Shown: piece by piece, positions 52,255-64,000 of the stretch
How the letters are laid out: every line of letters begins with the position of its first letter
How positions within the stretch are numbered: position 1 is the first letter of the stretch
From: Lingula anatina
Taxonomy: Eukaryota > Animalia > Brachiopoda
Direction: 5' to 3'
Assembly (NCBI GenBank): GCA_051362555.1
Contig: CM120643.1
Location: 5,022,001 to 5,086,000, forward strand
Length of the DNA stretch: 64,000 bases
Translations under genes and position numbers: made by a program
The notes under the pieces: generated by a model
Seen by the model: the letters and a program-made list of their open reading frames with translations, nothing else
Told to the model about the DNA's origin: nothing
Database searches by the model: none

Positions 52255-54780
52255 GGAAAGCAAAGATCAAAGAAATCAACCTAGGTGGTGGGATCAAGAA
52301 TGTGATCTATTAAAACAACTTAAATTCAAATGTCTCAATGATTTTAGGAAGTCAAATAATCAAAATGATTTTAAAAAATATAAGGAATGTAAGAGTAAGT
52401 TTAAGGCACTCTGTGAAATGAAGAAAAATTCTTACACTGCAAAGGAAGTCGAGCAACTGCACGCTTTAAAAACCACAAAGGAAATATGGAATTATATAAA
52501 GTCTCTGAAAAGTGCTCAGTCTATTAAAAAGAATAATATCAGCCCACAAGCATGGCAAAATCATTTTTACAAGTTCAGGCCTACCCAACTACCTGACTCG
52601 GCACCGATGATCCTGAATTCACCGGTAAATCGGACCACACTACCCGTTTTCAAGGTGTGTATCAGATCGCATTTCACAGTATCAGACGCGACATCGCTCT
52701 TGCCTAGTACGCGATGTGATAGTGACGATTCTCAGCGGGGTTGAAAAGCATTGCATCACCACTCAAAATTTGTTCAGGGTATGATACTGTGTAATGCGAT
52801 CTGACACATAAATTCAAAATTACAGTTCTTAAAACTCTTGTCAGTCCTTTGGACCGACCAAGTCCAATTTTCTACCGGTCCAGACAAAATTTCTCGGTCA
52901 TGACCGATCGGACCGACAATTTCAGCATGTCTGTACGCACCATGAAAAATGGAAAATCTCCAGGTCCAGATGGATTAGTGATTGAAATGTTTAAATATGG
53001 CTTCAACCATTTATCACCATTGTTGTTAAATCTTTATGATACTGTATTAATAAGTGGAAAATTTCCCTCTAGCTGGTGCAATGCCATTCTGTACCCATTG
53101 CTCAAAAAAGGAAATGTAAATGTGGCAACAAATTATAGAGGAATTGCGCTTTTGAATGTCATGGGAAAAATATTTATGAAAATTTTGAGTAACAGATTTA
53201 ATAATTGGGCAGTGGAAAATAATACAATGATTGAAGCTCAAGCCGCCTATAAAATTGGTTACTCCACTATCAATCACATTTTTACATTGAAGAGTTGCGT
53301 ACAAAAATACTTAAGTCAAAGAAAAGGCAGATGCTACTGTATTTTTATAGATTTCTCAGCCGCTTTCGATAGTGTTCAACACAAATTATTATTATCCTAT
53401 CTTGGTTAGTTTATGCCGTAACTTGGTGCATTTATGGTATCAAAGCATTCAGTGCAGTCCACGGAACATCAACACAGTCTTTTCCAACAATAAATCCCAT
53501 AACTACAATGTCCAGCGCTTAAAACGCTTCCACACTCTGTCTGAAACAGTGACGCACCGCATGGCCCCGACTCTCCTCTTCTCTCCTCTCTTTTTTCGAT
53601 CTCCCCACCCAGGAGAGCTTAATTCTCTGACAGCTGGATATCAGGGTATTTACATAAATGAGGTGTTTCCAAATCTCATGTCTTTGCTTTATGCTGATGA
53701 CATTGTATGCATTTCAGACACTGTTGGGGGGTTACAGAAACAAATCCATCAATTAGAAAAATATTGCAGTCAGTATGGTATGCTAGTAAATGTCCAAAAG
53801 ACAAAAATAGTAGTATTTAAGAGAGGCGGTAAAATAAAGAAAAATGAAAGGTGGTTTTTCAAGGGCAAAAAATTAGAAGCAGTATCTGCATATAAATACT
53901 TAGGAACATATTTTGGAGTCTTCCTCGATTGGTGTAAAACTATCCAACATCAAATCAACCAAGCCAATAAAGCATTATTTGTTGTTAAGTTATATTTGAA
54001 AAAGCAAGCATGTATTTCCTTTAAGGAAGCTTTCTTTCTTTTTGATAGAATGATAACACCCATTCTTTTTTGTGGTGCTGAGATATGGGGTTATAAACCG
54101 GTAGAAAGTATTGAAATCTTCCAAGCAAAATTTTGTAGATATTTATTAGGTGTTAGTTCAAATACTGTGACGGAAGCTGTACTAGGCGAATGCGGAAGAT
54201 ATCCATAATTTTTATACCAGTTATATGGTAAATAGTATAAAATATTGGTTAAAGCTTGTACATATGAATGAAGATCGCTATCCTGCTCACGTATATGATG
54301 TGCTATTTATATTAGATTCAAGTGGAAGGCACACTTGGGCCACAGATGTTAAAACACTTATACAGATATGGATTTGGATATGTCTGAGAGGCTCAGGGTG
54401 TGGGAAATTCTGTTTTTTTTATTGAAGTTTTCAGAGAAAGATTAGTAGATAATGCTAGCCAAATATGGCACATATGTAGGAGCAGCAAACTGGATACTTA
54501 TTCATTATTTAAGAGTACGTAAACACTGGAGTGTTACTTATTAAGCGTTAAAAATGAAAAACATAGAACCTCACTAGCAAGATTCAGATGCGCAAATCAT
54601 GCACCTACTAATTATTGAGAGCGGTAGAGGGAGAGGTATAGAAAGATGCAATAGACTCTATTTAATCTGTAAAAAACATAATATTTATGATGTTGAAGAC
54701 GAATACCATTTTTTAATGACATGTGTAGCATATACAGAATTAAGAGAAAAATATCTGCAAGTGAATAAGGGACATTTTAT
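52255..54780 (+). mobile_element. 5'-truncated CR1/L2-group LINE ORF2 (reverse transcriptase) relic
   Basis: Motifs WWDQEC, KSPGPDG, NYRGIALL, FIDFSAAFDSV, LLYADD, YKYLG, EIWG, LGECGRYP, VEDEYHFL..C. Frameshifts and two foreign inserts are present. Confidence 0.9.
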
Positions 54781-54781
54781 G

Positions 54782-54852
<71 letters not shown>

Positions 54853-55351
54853 AATTGATGATTATTTATTTATTTTCAGTAGAGATGAAGATATTCACGA
54901 TTATCATCACACTGAGGACAGCTGAATTCATCTGTTCACCATTTATAGATCTTCAACTTCACAGCATCAGCAAAGGTCAATTATGCAACAACGATATTGC
55001 TACAATGGTGATTCTATTCAATCCCATTGTGACCATCGCCACTATATGTTATAACTGGGAAATTATCATTTGTAAATCGGTCATTGAGATCCAAATCAGT
55101 TTTTAATATATTCAAGGTGACAAGGGTTAATGTGAACTGTTGAGAGATATTGGGGGGGGCAAGGGTTTGCTTAGCAAAAATCTTAACATAAGCAAAATTT
55201 CATGTATATACATTGATGCCTGTGCATTGTCTGTTGAGACATTGAATGTGTCTGTATGTATTCTGATCTCTGTCTATGTCTTTATTTTTTGTTGTATGTG
55301 TTTATTATATGTTGTACCTGAGAAAGTATCATTTTGGAAAAAGGACACTTA

Positions 55352-56736
55352 CACACACTGGACAAAAGAAGTGTCACCCCCTAACTCAGAGTAACAAAAG
55401 TAGGCAGATCTTGGGTACTTATAATGCCTGGTCTACTTATAATGTGACTAATGAGTATAAAACCGCTATACCATGGAATTGTATTGTTGGTCTTGTACAT
55501 GTACAGCAACTGTTATTCCTGTCTTCCTCCAATATGGCAAGATACAGGCAATTATCTAACGGCTATAGGTGCAAGTTATTAACCTGAAGAGGCGGAATAT
55601 AAGCAATGTCAGAATATCGATACAATTGAATTGTTCAGTCAAAACCGTGCAGAGGGTCTGGTCTCGGTATAGAAACACTGGATCAAGAGACAAATTGCCT
55701 CTGATGGGTCGTCCAAGAAAAAATACTGGCCGTGAAGACCGACGACTGATTTTGATGTCGAGGTTGTCAAAGTTCGACACTGCTTGTCAGTTGACAACAC
55801 AGTGGAACAATTTCACACATAAGAATGTGTCTGTGAAAATTGCTAGGCGTCGGTTACATGCTCAGAGAGTGTACAGCAGGGTAGCAAGACTGAAACCTCT
55901 TATATCGTTACAAAACAGGCAACGTAAAGTAAACTAGGGTCAACAGGATCTGGAACTGGGCAGTTCATGACAATTGGTCCTATATATTTTTTCTGATGAG
56001 TGTCGCTTTGGTCTGACCTCTGATGACAAACGGGTACTATGCTGGCAAACTGCTGGTAAAGCATTTGAACCACATGCACTGAATTTTCGAACCCGGAGCA
56101 GCATATTCATCACGGTGTGGGGCTGCATCAGCATCCATGGCTTGGGCGAATTGATAGTGGTTAGTGGAAACATGAATCACTAGAAATATATCGATGTTTT
56201 GGAGTCAGGCTTTCTACCATCTATTACTAACATGTTTGGTGACAGGAATTATCCATTTGTTCACCAGGATGACAATGCTCCTTGTCACAGGCCCAGAGCA
56301 GTTGATGATTGGTTTGACCAACAGGACATTCGCAGGGTGATGTGGCCTGCCCAGAGTCCGGATGCAAACATAATAGAAAATGTGTTGAATGATATGTCAA
56401 AACTTTTTACAAATGCCCGACTAACCAGCAAAAAACTCTGTTATATTCAGTGTTTCATGCTTGGGCCAGCATAAGCCCTGAACGGATCAGACAATTATAT
56501 GAAACCTTGCTTCGTAGACTGGCACCTATTATTAGGTCACGTGGCTATGCCACTAAGTTCTAATTTTGGACTTGAAACTGCATATTTTGGTAGAATGTAT
56601 ATTTTGTTCTCATTTTGTGATTTATTGTGAATTTTGATGTTAATAAAATGATACCAGGAGCATATCATTCCACAGTCATTTATCTCCCCCATAGTATTGG
56701 CTCAGTAGGGGTGACACTTCTTTTGTCCAGTGTGTG
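55352..56736 (+). mobile_element. Tc1 transposon (1385 bp), 31-bp TIR, TA TSD
   Basis: TA|CACACACTGGACAAAAGAAGTGTCACCCCTA...TAGGGGTGACACTTCTTTTGTCCAGTGTGTG|TA. The empty site TTAGATCCCACTCAG is seen in sister repeats at about 61326 and 63394. Confidence 0.95.
55534..56563 (+). pseudogene. Tc1 DD34E transposase pseudogene
   Basis: Motifs GRPRK, FSDE, VWGCI, QDDNAPCH, WPAQSPDANIIE; 34 residues counted between the second D and the E. In-frame stops at 55937 and 56183, plus frameshifts. Confidence 0.92.
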
Positions 56737-59544
56737 TAGATCCCACTCAGTTTTACATATATATTCAAGGTGACAAGGGTTAATGTAAACTGTTCGGGGT
56801 TGGGGGGGGTGCACTTAGCAAAAATATTTATATATATAAAATGATGCCTGTTCATTGTCTGTTTGACATTGAATGTGTTTATATGTATTCTGATCACTGT
56901 CTATGTCTTTATTGTTGCTGTATGTGTAGATTATAATATTATAATATATTTTGACCACTGTGTTATGTCTGTGTTGTAACTACCGTATATATCTACATAT
57001 ATATATATACTTTTTTTAAAAATAATGATTTATTATCTGTTTTCAGTAGAAATGAAGGCGTGTTTCCAGGATTATCATCACACTGAGGACAGTTGAATTC
57101 ATCTGTTCACCATCTCCTTCTACAACCACACAGTATCAGCAAAGGTCAGTGCAACAACGATATTGCTACACTGGTGATTCTATTCAATCCCATTGTGACC
57201 ATCACCACTATATGTTGTAACTGGGAAATTATCATTTGTAAATGGGTCATTGAGATCCAAATCAGTTTTTGATATGTTGAGGGTGACAAGGGTCAATGTT
57301 AACTGTTTGGAGTTGGGGGGGCGAGAGTTCGCTGGGCAAAACTCTTGATATAAACAAAATTTCATGTATACATCTTGATGACTTTGCATTGTCTGTTGAT
57401 ATATTGAATGTGTCTGTATGTATTCTGATCACTGTCTATCTCTTTATTGTCACTGTATGTGTTTATTATAATATAATAATATATTTTGATCACTGTGTTA
57501 CACATTTTTTAAAAATGGCCCAATTCTTTTTCACCAAGTGGGCCAAAATGGCCCTACCAGATTTTGACCCAGGTATAAAGATCCCTGTTATTCTCAGGAA
57601 AATCCAATTTATTTACTTTTTAAAACATAAAATCATAGAATGTTTCTAATATAAATTTTCAAAACAACACCAGAGGGCAAATTAAATCAAATCAACCAGT
57701 GGCTAAACACAGGCAGGCTTTGTCAATTACACCAACTTGTTTATTTCAAACAGTGCACTTTTCGGACATGCGCAGTCGTTTGAATCCTGTGCTATTGTGT
57801 GAACAATTTATTTCAATGAATTATAGAAATCAATTTCTTCATTTTCCTTTGGTTTGTTTCATATTTTCTATTTCAAGATATGATACTTTACTGCTTGGGG
57901 ATGCTCTTCCCATTGCTGCATTTTACAATGTAGTGCTTGCTTTATCCACTTGGCGGCAGCACCTTACAGTGAGGCTGAAGTCTTCATTAAGTCTCAATGA
58001 TGTCTTGGTGTGTTTCTGACTCTGTGTGAATGTGTGTGTGTGTGTCTGTGTGTGTGTGTGAGAAAGAGAAAAAGTTTGTGTGTGTGTATGTGTGAGTTAG
58101 AGAGAGAGGAGGAGAGAGAGAGAGAGAAAGCTTGTTTGTGGGAGGGTGTGGTAAGAGAGATAGAGAATTTAGTATTAAAAAAGCTCAAAGAACTTCAAAA
58201 TTGATTTTAAAAAACTAAACAATAATTTTATGCCAATTTTGAAAGTTGTATTATTTTTAGAATACAAAAACAGAAAAATTTGACATTTTGTTAAAACAAA
58301 GAAGTGTTCAGCTTATCCAGTATTTTAAAAATAATAAAAAATTATATAACACACACATGATCAGGCGAAAAATCTCTTTATATCTGTAATATTGTGCCAT
58401 TATATCATGCATACTCAGTTTTAGATATACTCAAGGTGACAATAAAGGGTAAATGTGAACTGTTGAGATTTGGGTGGGGGTGGGAGGGAGTTGTGCGCTT
58501 AGCAAAAATCTTGATATAGACAAAATTTTATAGATACATTCTGATGCCTGTGTATTGTCTGTTGTGACATTGAATTAGTCTGTATGTATTCTGATCATCT
58601 GAACTCAACTCAACCTCACATCATCAGCACAGGTCAGTGCAACAACGATATTGGTACACTGGTGATTCTCTTCAATCCCATTTTGTACATTGCTTCTATA
58701 TGTTTTACCTGCAAAATTATCATTTTGGAAAAAGGTGAATTAGATACCACTCAGTTTTATATATATTCAAGGTGACAAGGGTTAATGTAAACTGTTGGGG
58801 GGGGGGGGGGACGGGAGTTCACTAAGCAAAAATCTTTATATAGACAAAATTTCATGTATAACTGATGCTTGTTCATTGTCTGTTGTGACATTGAATGTGT
58901 CTGCATGTATTCTGATCACTGTCTATGTCTTTATTGTTCCTGTATGTGTTTATTATAATATAATAATATATCTTGATCACTGTGTTATGTCTGTGTTGTA
59001 ACTACCATATATATATATATATATAAATTTTTTTTTTTCATTGATGATTTATTATCTGTTTTTAATAGAAATGAAGGTGTGTTGCCTGGATTATCATCAC
59101 ACTGAGGACAGTTGAATTCATCTGTTCACCGTCTCGTTCTACAACCACACAGTATCAGCAAAGGTCAGTGCAACAAAGATATTGCTACACTGGTGATTCT
59201 ATTCAATCCCATTGTGACCATCGCCACTATATGTTGTAACTGGGTAATCATCATTCGTAAATGGATCATTGAGATCCAAATCAGTTTTTGATATGTTCAG
59301 GGTGACAAGGGTTAATGTTAACTGTTTGGAGTTGGGGGGCGAGCATTCGTTGGGCAAAACTCTTGATATAAACAAAATTTCATGTATACATCTTGATGAC
59401 TTTGCATTGTCTGTTGAGACATTGAATGTGTCTGCATGTATTCTGATCACTGTCTATCTCTTTATTGTAGCTGTATGTGTTTATTATAATATAATAATAT
59501 ATTTTGATCACTGTGTTATGTCTGTGTTGTAACTACCATATCTC

Positions 59545-59608
<64 letters not shown>

Positions 59609-61592
59609 CTTTTTTTTAATAGATGATTTATTATCTGTTTTCAGTAGAAATGAAGGTGTGTTTCCAGGATTATCATCACACTGAGGACAGTTGAATTCAT
59701 CTGTTCACCATCTCCTTCTACAACCACACAGTATCAGGAAAGGTCAGTGCAACAACGATATTGCTACACTGGTGATTCTATTCAATCCCATTGTGACCAT
59801 CACCACTATATGTTGTAACTGGGAAATTATCATTTGTGATCCAAATCAGTTTTTGATATGTTCAGGGTGACAAGGGTCAATGTTAACTGTTTGGAGTTGG
59901 GGGGGGGCAAGCGTTCGCTGGGCAAAACTCTTGATATAAACAAAATTTCATGTATACATCTTGATGACTCTGCATTGTCTGTTGATATATTGAATGTGTC
60001 TGTATGTATTCTGATCACTGTCTATCTCTTTATTGTCACTGTATGTGTTTATTATAATATAATAATATATTTTGATCACTGTGTTACACATTTTTTAAAA
60101 ATGGCCCAATTCTTTTTCACCAAGTGGGCCAAAATGGCCCTACCAGATTTTGACCCAGGTATAAAGATCCCTGTTATTCTCAGGAAAATCCAATTTTTTT
60201 ACTTTTTAAAACATAAAATCAATAGAATGTTTCTAATATAAATTTTCAAAACAACACCAGAGGGCAAATTAAATCAAATCAACCAGTGGCTAAACACAGG
60301 CAGGCTTTGTCAATTTCACCAACTTGTTTATTTCAAACAGTGCACTTTTCGGACATGCGCAGTCGTTTGAATCCTGTGCTATTGTGTGTACAATTTATTT
60401 CAATGAATTATAGAAATCAATTTCTTCATTTTCCTTTGGTTTGTTTCATATTTTCTATTTCAAGATATGATACTTTACTGCTTGGGGATGCTCTTCCCAT
60501 TGCTGCATTTTACAATGTAGTGCTTGCTTTATCCACTTGGCGGCAGCACCTTACAGTGAGGCTGAAGTCTTCATTAAGTCTCAATGATGTCTTGGTGTGT
60601 TTCTGACTCTGTGTGAATGTGTGTGTGTGTGTCTGTGTGTGTGTGTGTGAGAAAGAGAGAAAAAGTTTGTGTGTGTGTTTGTGAGTTATAGAGAGAGGGG
60701 GAGAGAGAGAGACAGAAAGCTTGTTTGTGGGAGGGTGTGGTAAGAGAGATAGAGAATTTAGTATTAAAAAAGCTCAAAGAACTTCAAAATTGATTTTAAA
60801 AAACTAAACAATTTTATGCCAATTTTGAAAGTTGTATTATTTTTAGAATACAAAAACAGAAAAATTTGACATTTTGTTAAAACAAAGAAGTGTTCAGCTT
60901 ATCCAGTATTTTTAAAATAATAAAAAAATTATATAACACACACATGATCAGGCGAAAAATCTCTTTATATGTGTAATATTGTGCTATATATCATGCATAC
61001 TCAGTTTTAGATATGCTCAAGGTGACAATAAAGGGTAAATGTGAACTGTTGAGATTTGGGTGGGGGTGGGAATGAGTTGTGCGCTTAGCAAAAATCTTGA
61101 TATAGACAAAATTTTATAGATACATTCTGATGCCTGTGTATTGTCTGTTGTGACATTGAATTAGTCTGTATGTATTCTGATCATCTGAACTCAACTCAAC
61201 CTCACATCATCAGCACAGGTCAGTGCAACAACGATATTGGTACACTGGTGATTCTCTTCAATCCCATTTTGAACATTGCCGCTATATGTTTTACCTGCAA
61301 AATTATCATTTTGGAAAAAGGTGAATTAGATCCCACTCAGTTTTATATATATTCAAGGTGACAAGGGTTAATGTAAACTGTTGGGGGGGGGGGGGGGGGG
61401 GGGAGTTCACTAAGCAAAAATCTTTATATAGACAAAATTTCATGTATAACTGATGCTTGTTCATTGTCTGTTGTGACATTGAATGTGTCTGCATGTATTC
61501 TGATCACTGTCTATGTCTTTATTGTTCCTGTATGTGTTTATTATAATATAATAATATATTTTGATCACTGTGTTATGTCTGTGTTGTAACTA

Positions 61593-61670
<78 letters not shown>

Positions 61671-63661
61671 TTTTTTCTTTCATTGATGATTTATTATCTG
61701 TTTTTAATAGAAATGAAGGCATGTTTCCAGGATTATCATCACATTGAGGACAGTTGAATTCATCTGTTCACCATCTCCTTCTACAACCACACAGTATCAG
61801 GAAAGGTCAGTGCAACAACGATATTGCTACACTGGTGATTCTATTCAATCCCATTGTGACCATCACCACTATATGTTGTAACTGGGAAATTATGTAAATG
61901 GGTCATTGAGATCCAAATCAGTTTTTGATATGTTCAGGGTGACAAGGGTCAATGTTAACTGTTTGGAGTTGGGGGGGCGAGCGTTCGCTGGGCAAAACTC
62001 TTGATATAAACAAAATTTCATGTATACATCTTGATGACTTTGCATTGTCTGTTGATATATTGAATGTGTCTGTATGTATTCTGATCACTGTCTATCTCTT
62101 TATTGTCACTGTATGTGTTTATTATAATATAATAATATATTTTGATCACTGTGTTACACATTTTTTAAAAATGGCCCAATTCTTTTTCACCAAGTGGGCC
62201 AAAATGGCCCTACCAGATTTTGACCCAGGTATAAAGATCCCTGTTATTCTCAGGAAAATCCAATTTATTTACTTTTTAAAACATAAAATCAATAGAATGT
62301 TTCTAATATAAATTTTCAAAACAACACCAGAGGGCAAATTAAATCAAATCAACCAGTGGCTAAACACAGGCAGGCTTTGTCAATTACACCAACTTGTTTA
62401 TTTCAAACAGTGCACTTTTCGGACATGCGCAGTCGTTTGAATCCTGTGCTATTGTGTGAACAATTTATTTCAATGAATTATAGAAATCAATTTCTTCATT
62501 TTCCTTTGGTTTGTTTCATATTTTCTATTTCAAGATATGATACTTTACTGCTTGGGGATGCTCTTCCCATTGCTGCATTTTACAATGTAGTGCTTGCTTT
62601 ATCCACTTGGCGGCAGCACCTTACAGTGAGGCTGAAGTCTTCATTAAGTCTCAATGATGTCTTGGTGTGTTTCTGACTCTGTGTGAATGTGTGTGTGTGT
62701 GTCTGTGTGTGTGTGAGAAAGAGAAAAAGTTTGTGTGTGTGTATGTGTGAGTTAGAGAGAGAGGAGGAGAGAGAGAGAGAGAAAGCTTGTTTGTGGGAGG
62801 GTGTGGTAAGAGAGATAGAGAATTTAGTATTAAAAAAGCTCAAAGAACTTCAAAATTGATTTTAAAAAACTAAACAATAATTTTATGCCAATTTTGAAAG
62901 TTGTATTATTTTTAGAATACAAAAACAGAAAAATTTGACATTTTGTTAAAACAAAGAAGTGTTCAGCTTATCCAGTATTTTAAAAATAATAAAAAATTAT
63001 ATAACACACACATGATCAGGCGAAAAATCTCTTTATATGTGTAATATTGTGCTATATATCATGCATACTCAGTTTTAGATATGCTCAAGGTGACAATAAA
63101 GGGTAAATGTGAACTGTTGAGATTTGGGTGGGGGTGGGAATGAGTTGTGCGCTTAGCAAAAATCTTGATATAGACAAAATTTTATAGATACATTCTGATG
63201 CCTGTGTATTGTCTGTTGTGACATTGAATTAGTCTGTATGTATTCTGATCATCTGAACTCAACTCAACCTCACATCATCAGCACAGGTCAGTGCAACAAC
63301 GATATTGGTACACTGGTGATTCTCTTCAATCCCATTTTGAACATTGCCGCTATATGTTTTACCTGCAAAATTATCATTTTTGAAAAAGGTGAATTAGATC
63401 CCACTCAGTTTTATATATATATTCAAGGTGACAAGGGTTAATGTAAACTGTTGGGGGGGGGGGGGGGGGGGGAGTTCACTAAGCAAAAATCTTTATATAG
63501 ACAAAATTTCATGTATAACTGATGCTTGTTCATTGTCTGTTGTGACATTGAATGTGTCTGCTTGTATTCTGATCACTGTCTATGTCTTTATTGTTCCTGT
63601 ATGTGTTTATTATAATATAATAATATATTTTGATCACTGTGTTATGTCTGTGTTGTAACTA

Positions 63662-63745
<84 letters not shown>

Positions 63746-64000
63746 TTTTTTCTTTCATTGATGATTTATTATCTGTTTTTAATAGAAATGAAGGCGTGTT
63801 TCCAGGATTATCATCACATTGAGGACAGTTGAATTCATCTGTTCACCATCTCCTTCTACAACCACACAGTATCAGGAAAGGTCAGTGCAACAACGATATT
63901 GCTACACTGGTGATTCTATTCAATCCCATTGTGACCATCACCACTATATGTTGTAACTGGGAAATTATCATTTGTAAATGGGTCATTGAGATCCAAATCA

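Larger units (their letters stand above)
54790..64000 (+). repeat. Composite macrosatellite with 2.07-2.59-kb units built from about 520-bp modules and a (TG)/(AG) module; open at the window end
   Basis: Identical-start ORFs at 57699, 60286 and 62356 give spacings of 2587 and 2070 bp. CAAGGTGACAAGGGTTAATG modules recur, each block ending in (TA)n. Confidence 0.93.

Noticed and set aside
52166-52744. 192-aa ORF as a single gene
   Set aside because: It is a chimera of antisense Crypton, LINE ORF2 and an inserted fragment.
57370-59110. C/D box snoRNA array in the macrosatellite modules (TGATGA...CTGA)
   Set aside because: The C box lacks the leading purine, there is no terminal stem, the spacing is short and the boxes are not kept in all copies.
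57699-62676. Three-copy 106-aa ORF as a tandem gene family
   Set aside because: It starts at GTG, has no recognisable domain, and its identity is explained by recent repeat amplification.

Overview
Repeat-dense, AT-rich eukaryotic (metazoan) genomic DNA; the transposable element (TE) types suggest a marine invertebrate such as a mollusc (inference only). No intact host protein-coding gene is supported. 1-13.4 kb: a 129/184-bp satellite in two opposite orientations, meeting at a 2.6-kb TTCCAT-rich repeat that has inverted termini. 13.9-18.6 kb: a Helitron/HINE-like repeat array with two MITE insertions. 21.4-22.4 kb: a foldback element with 429-bp arms and an 8-bp target-site duplication (TSD). 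27.65-36.85 kb: a complete hAT element with a 6-bp TSD and a 10-exon ZNF862-like transposase, broken only by a nested 4.1-kb Academ-like element. 48.2-49.6 kb: a Penelope-like retroelement ending in a hammerhead ribozyme. 50.9-56.7 kb: Crypton, CR1/L2-type LINE and Tc1 relics nested in a 2.1-2.6-kb-unit macrosatellite that runs to the window end. All calls come from reading the sequence by eye; family names rest on motifs and termini, not database searches.
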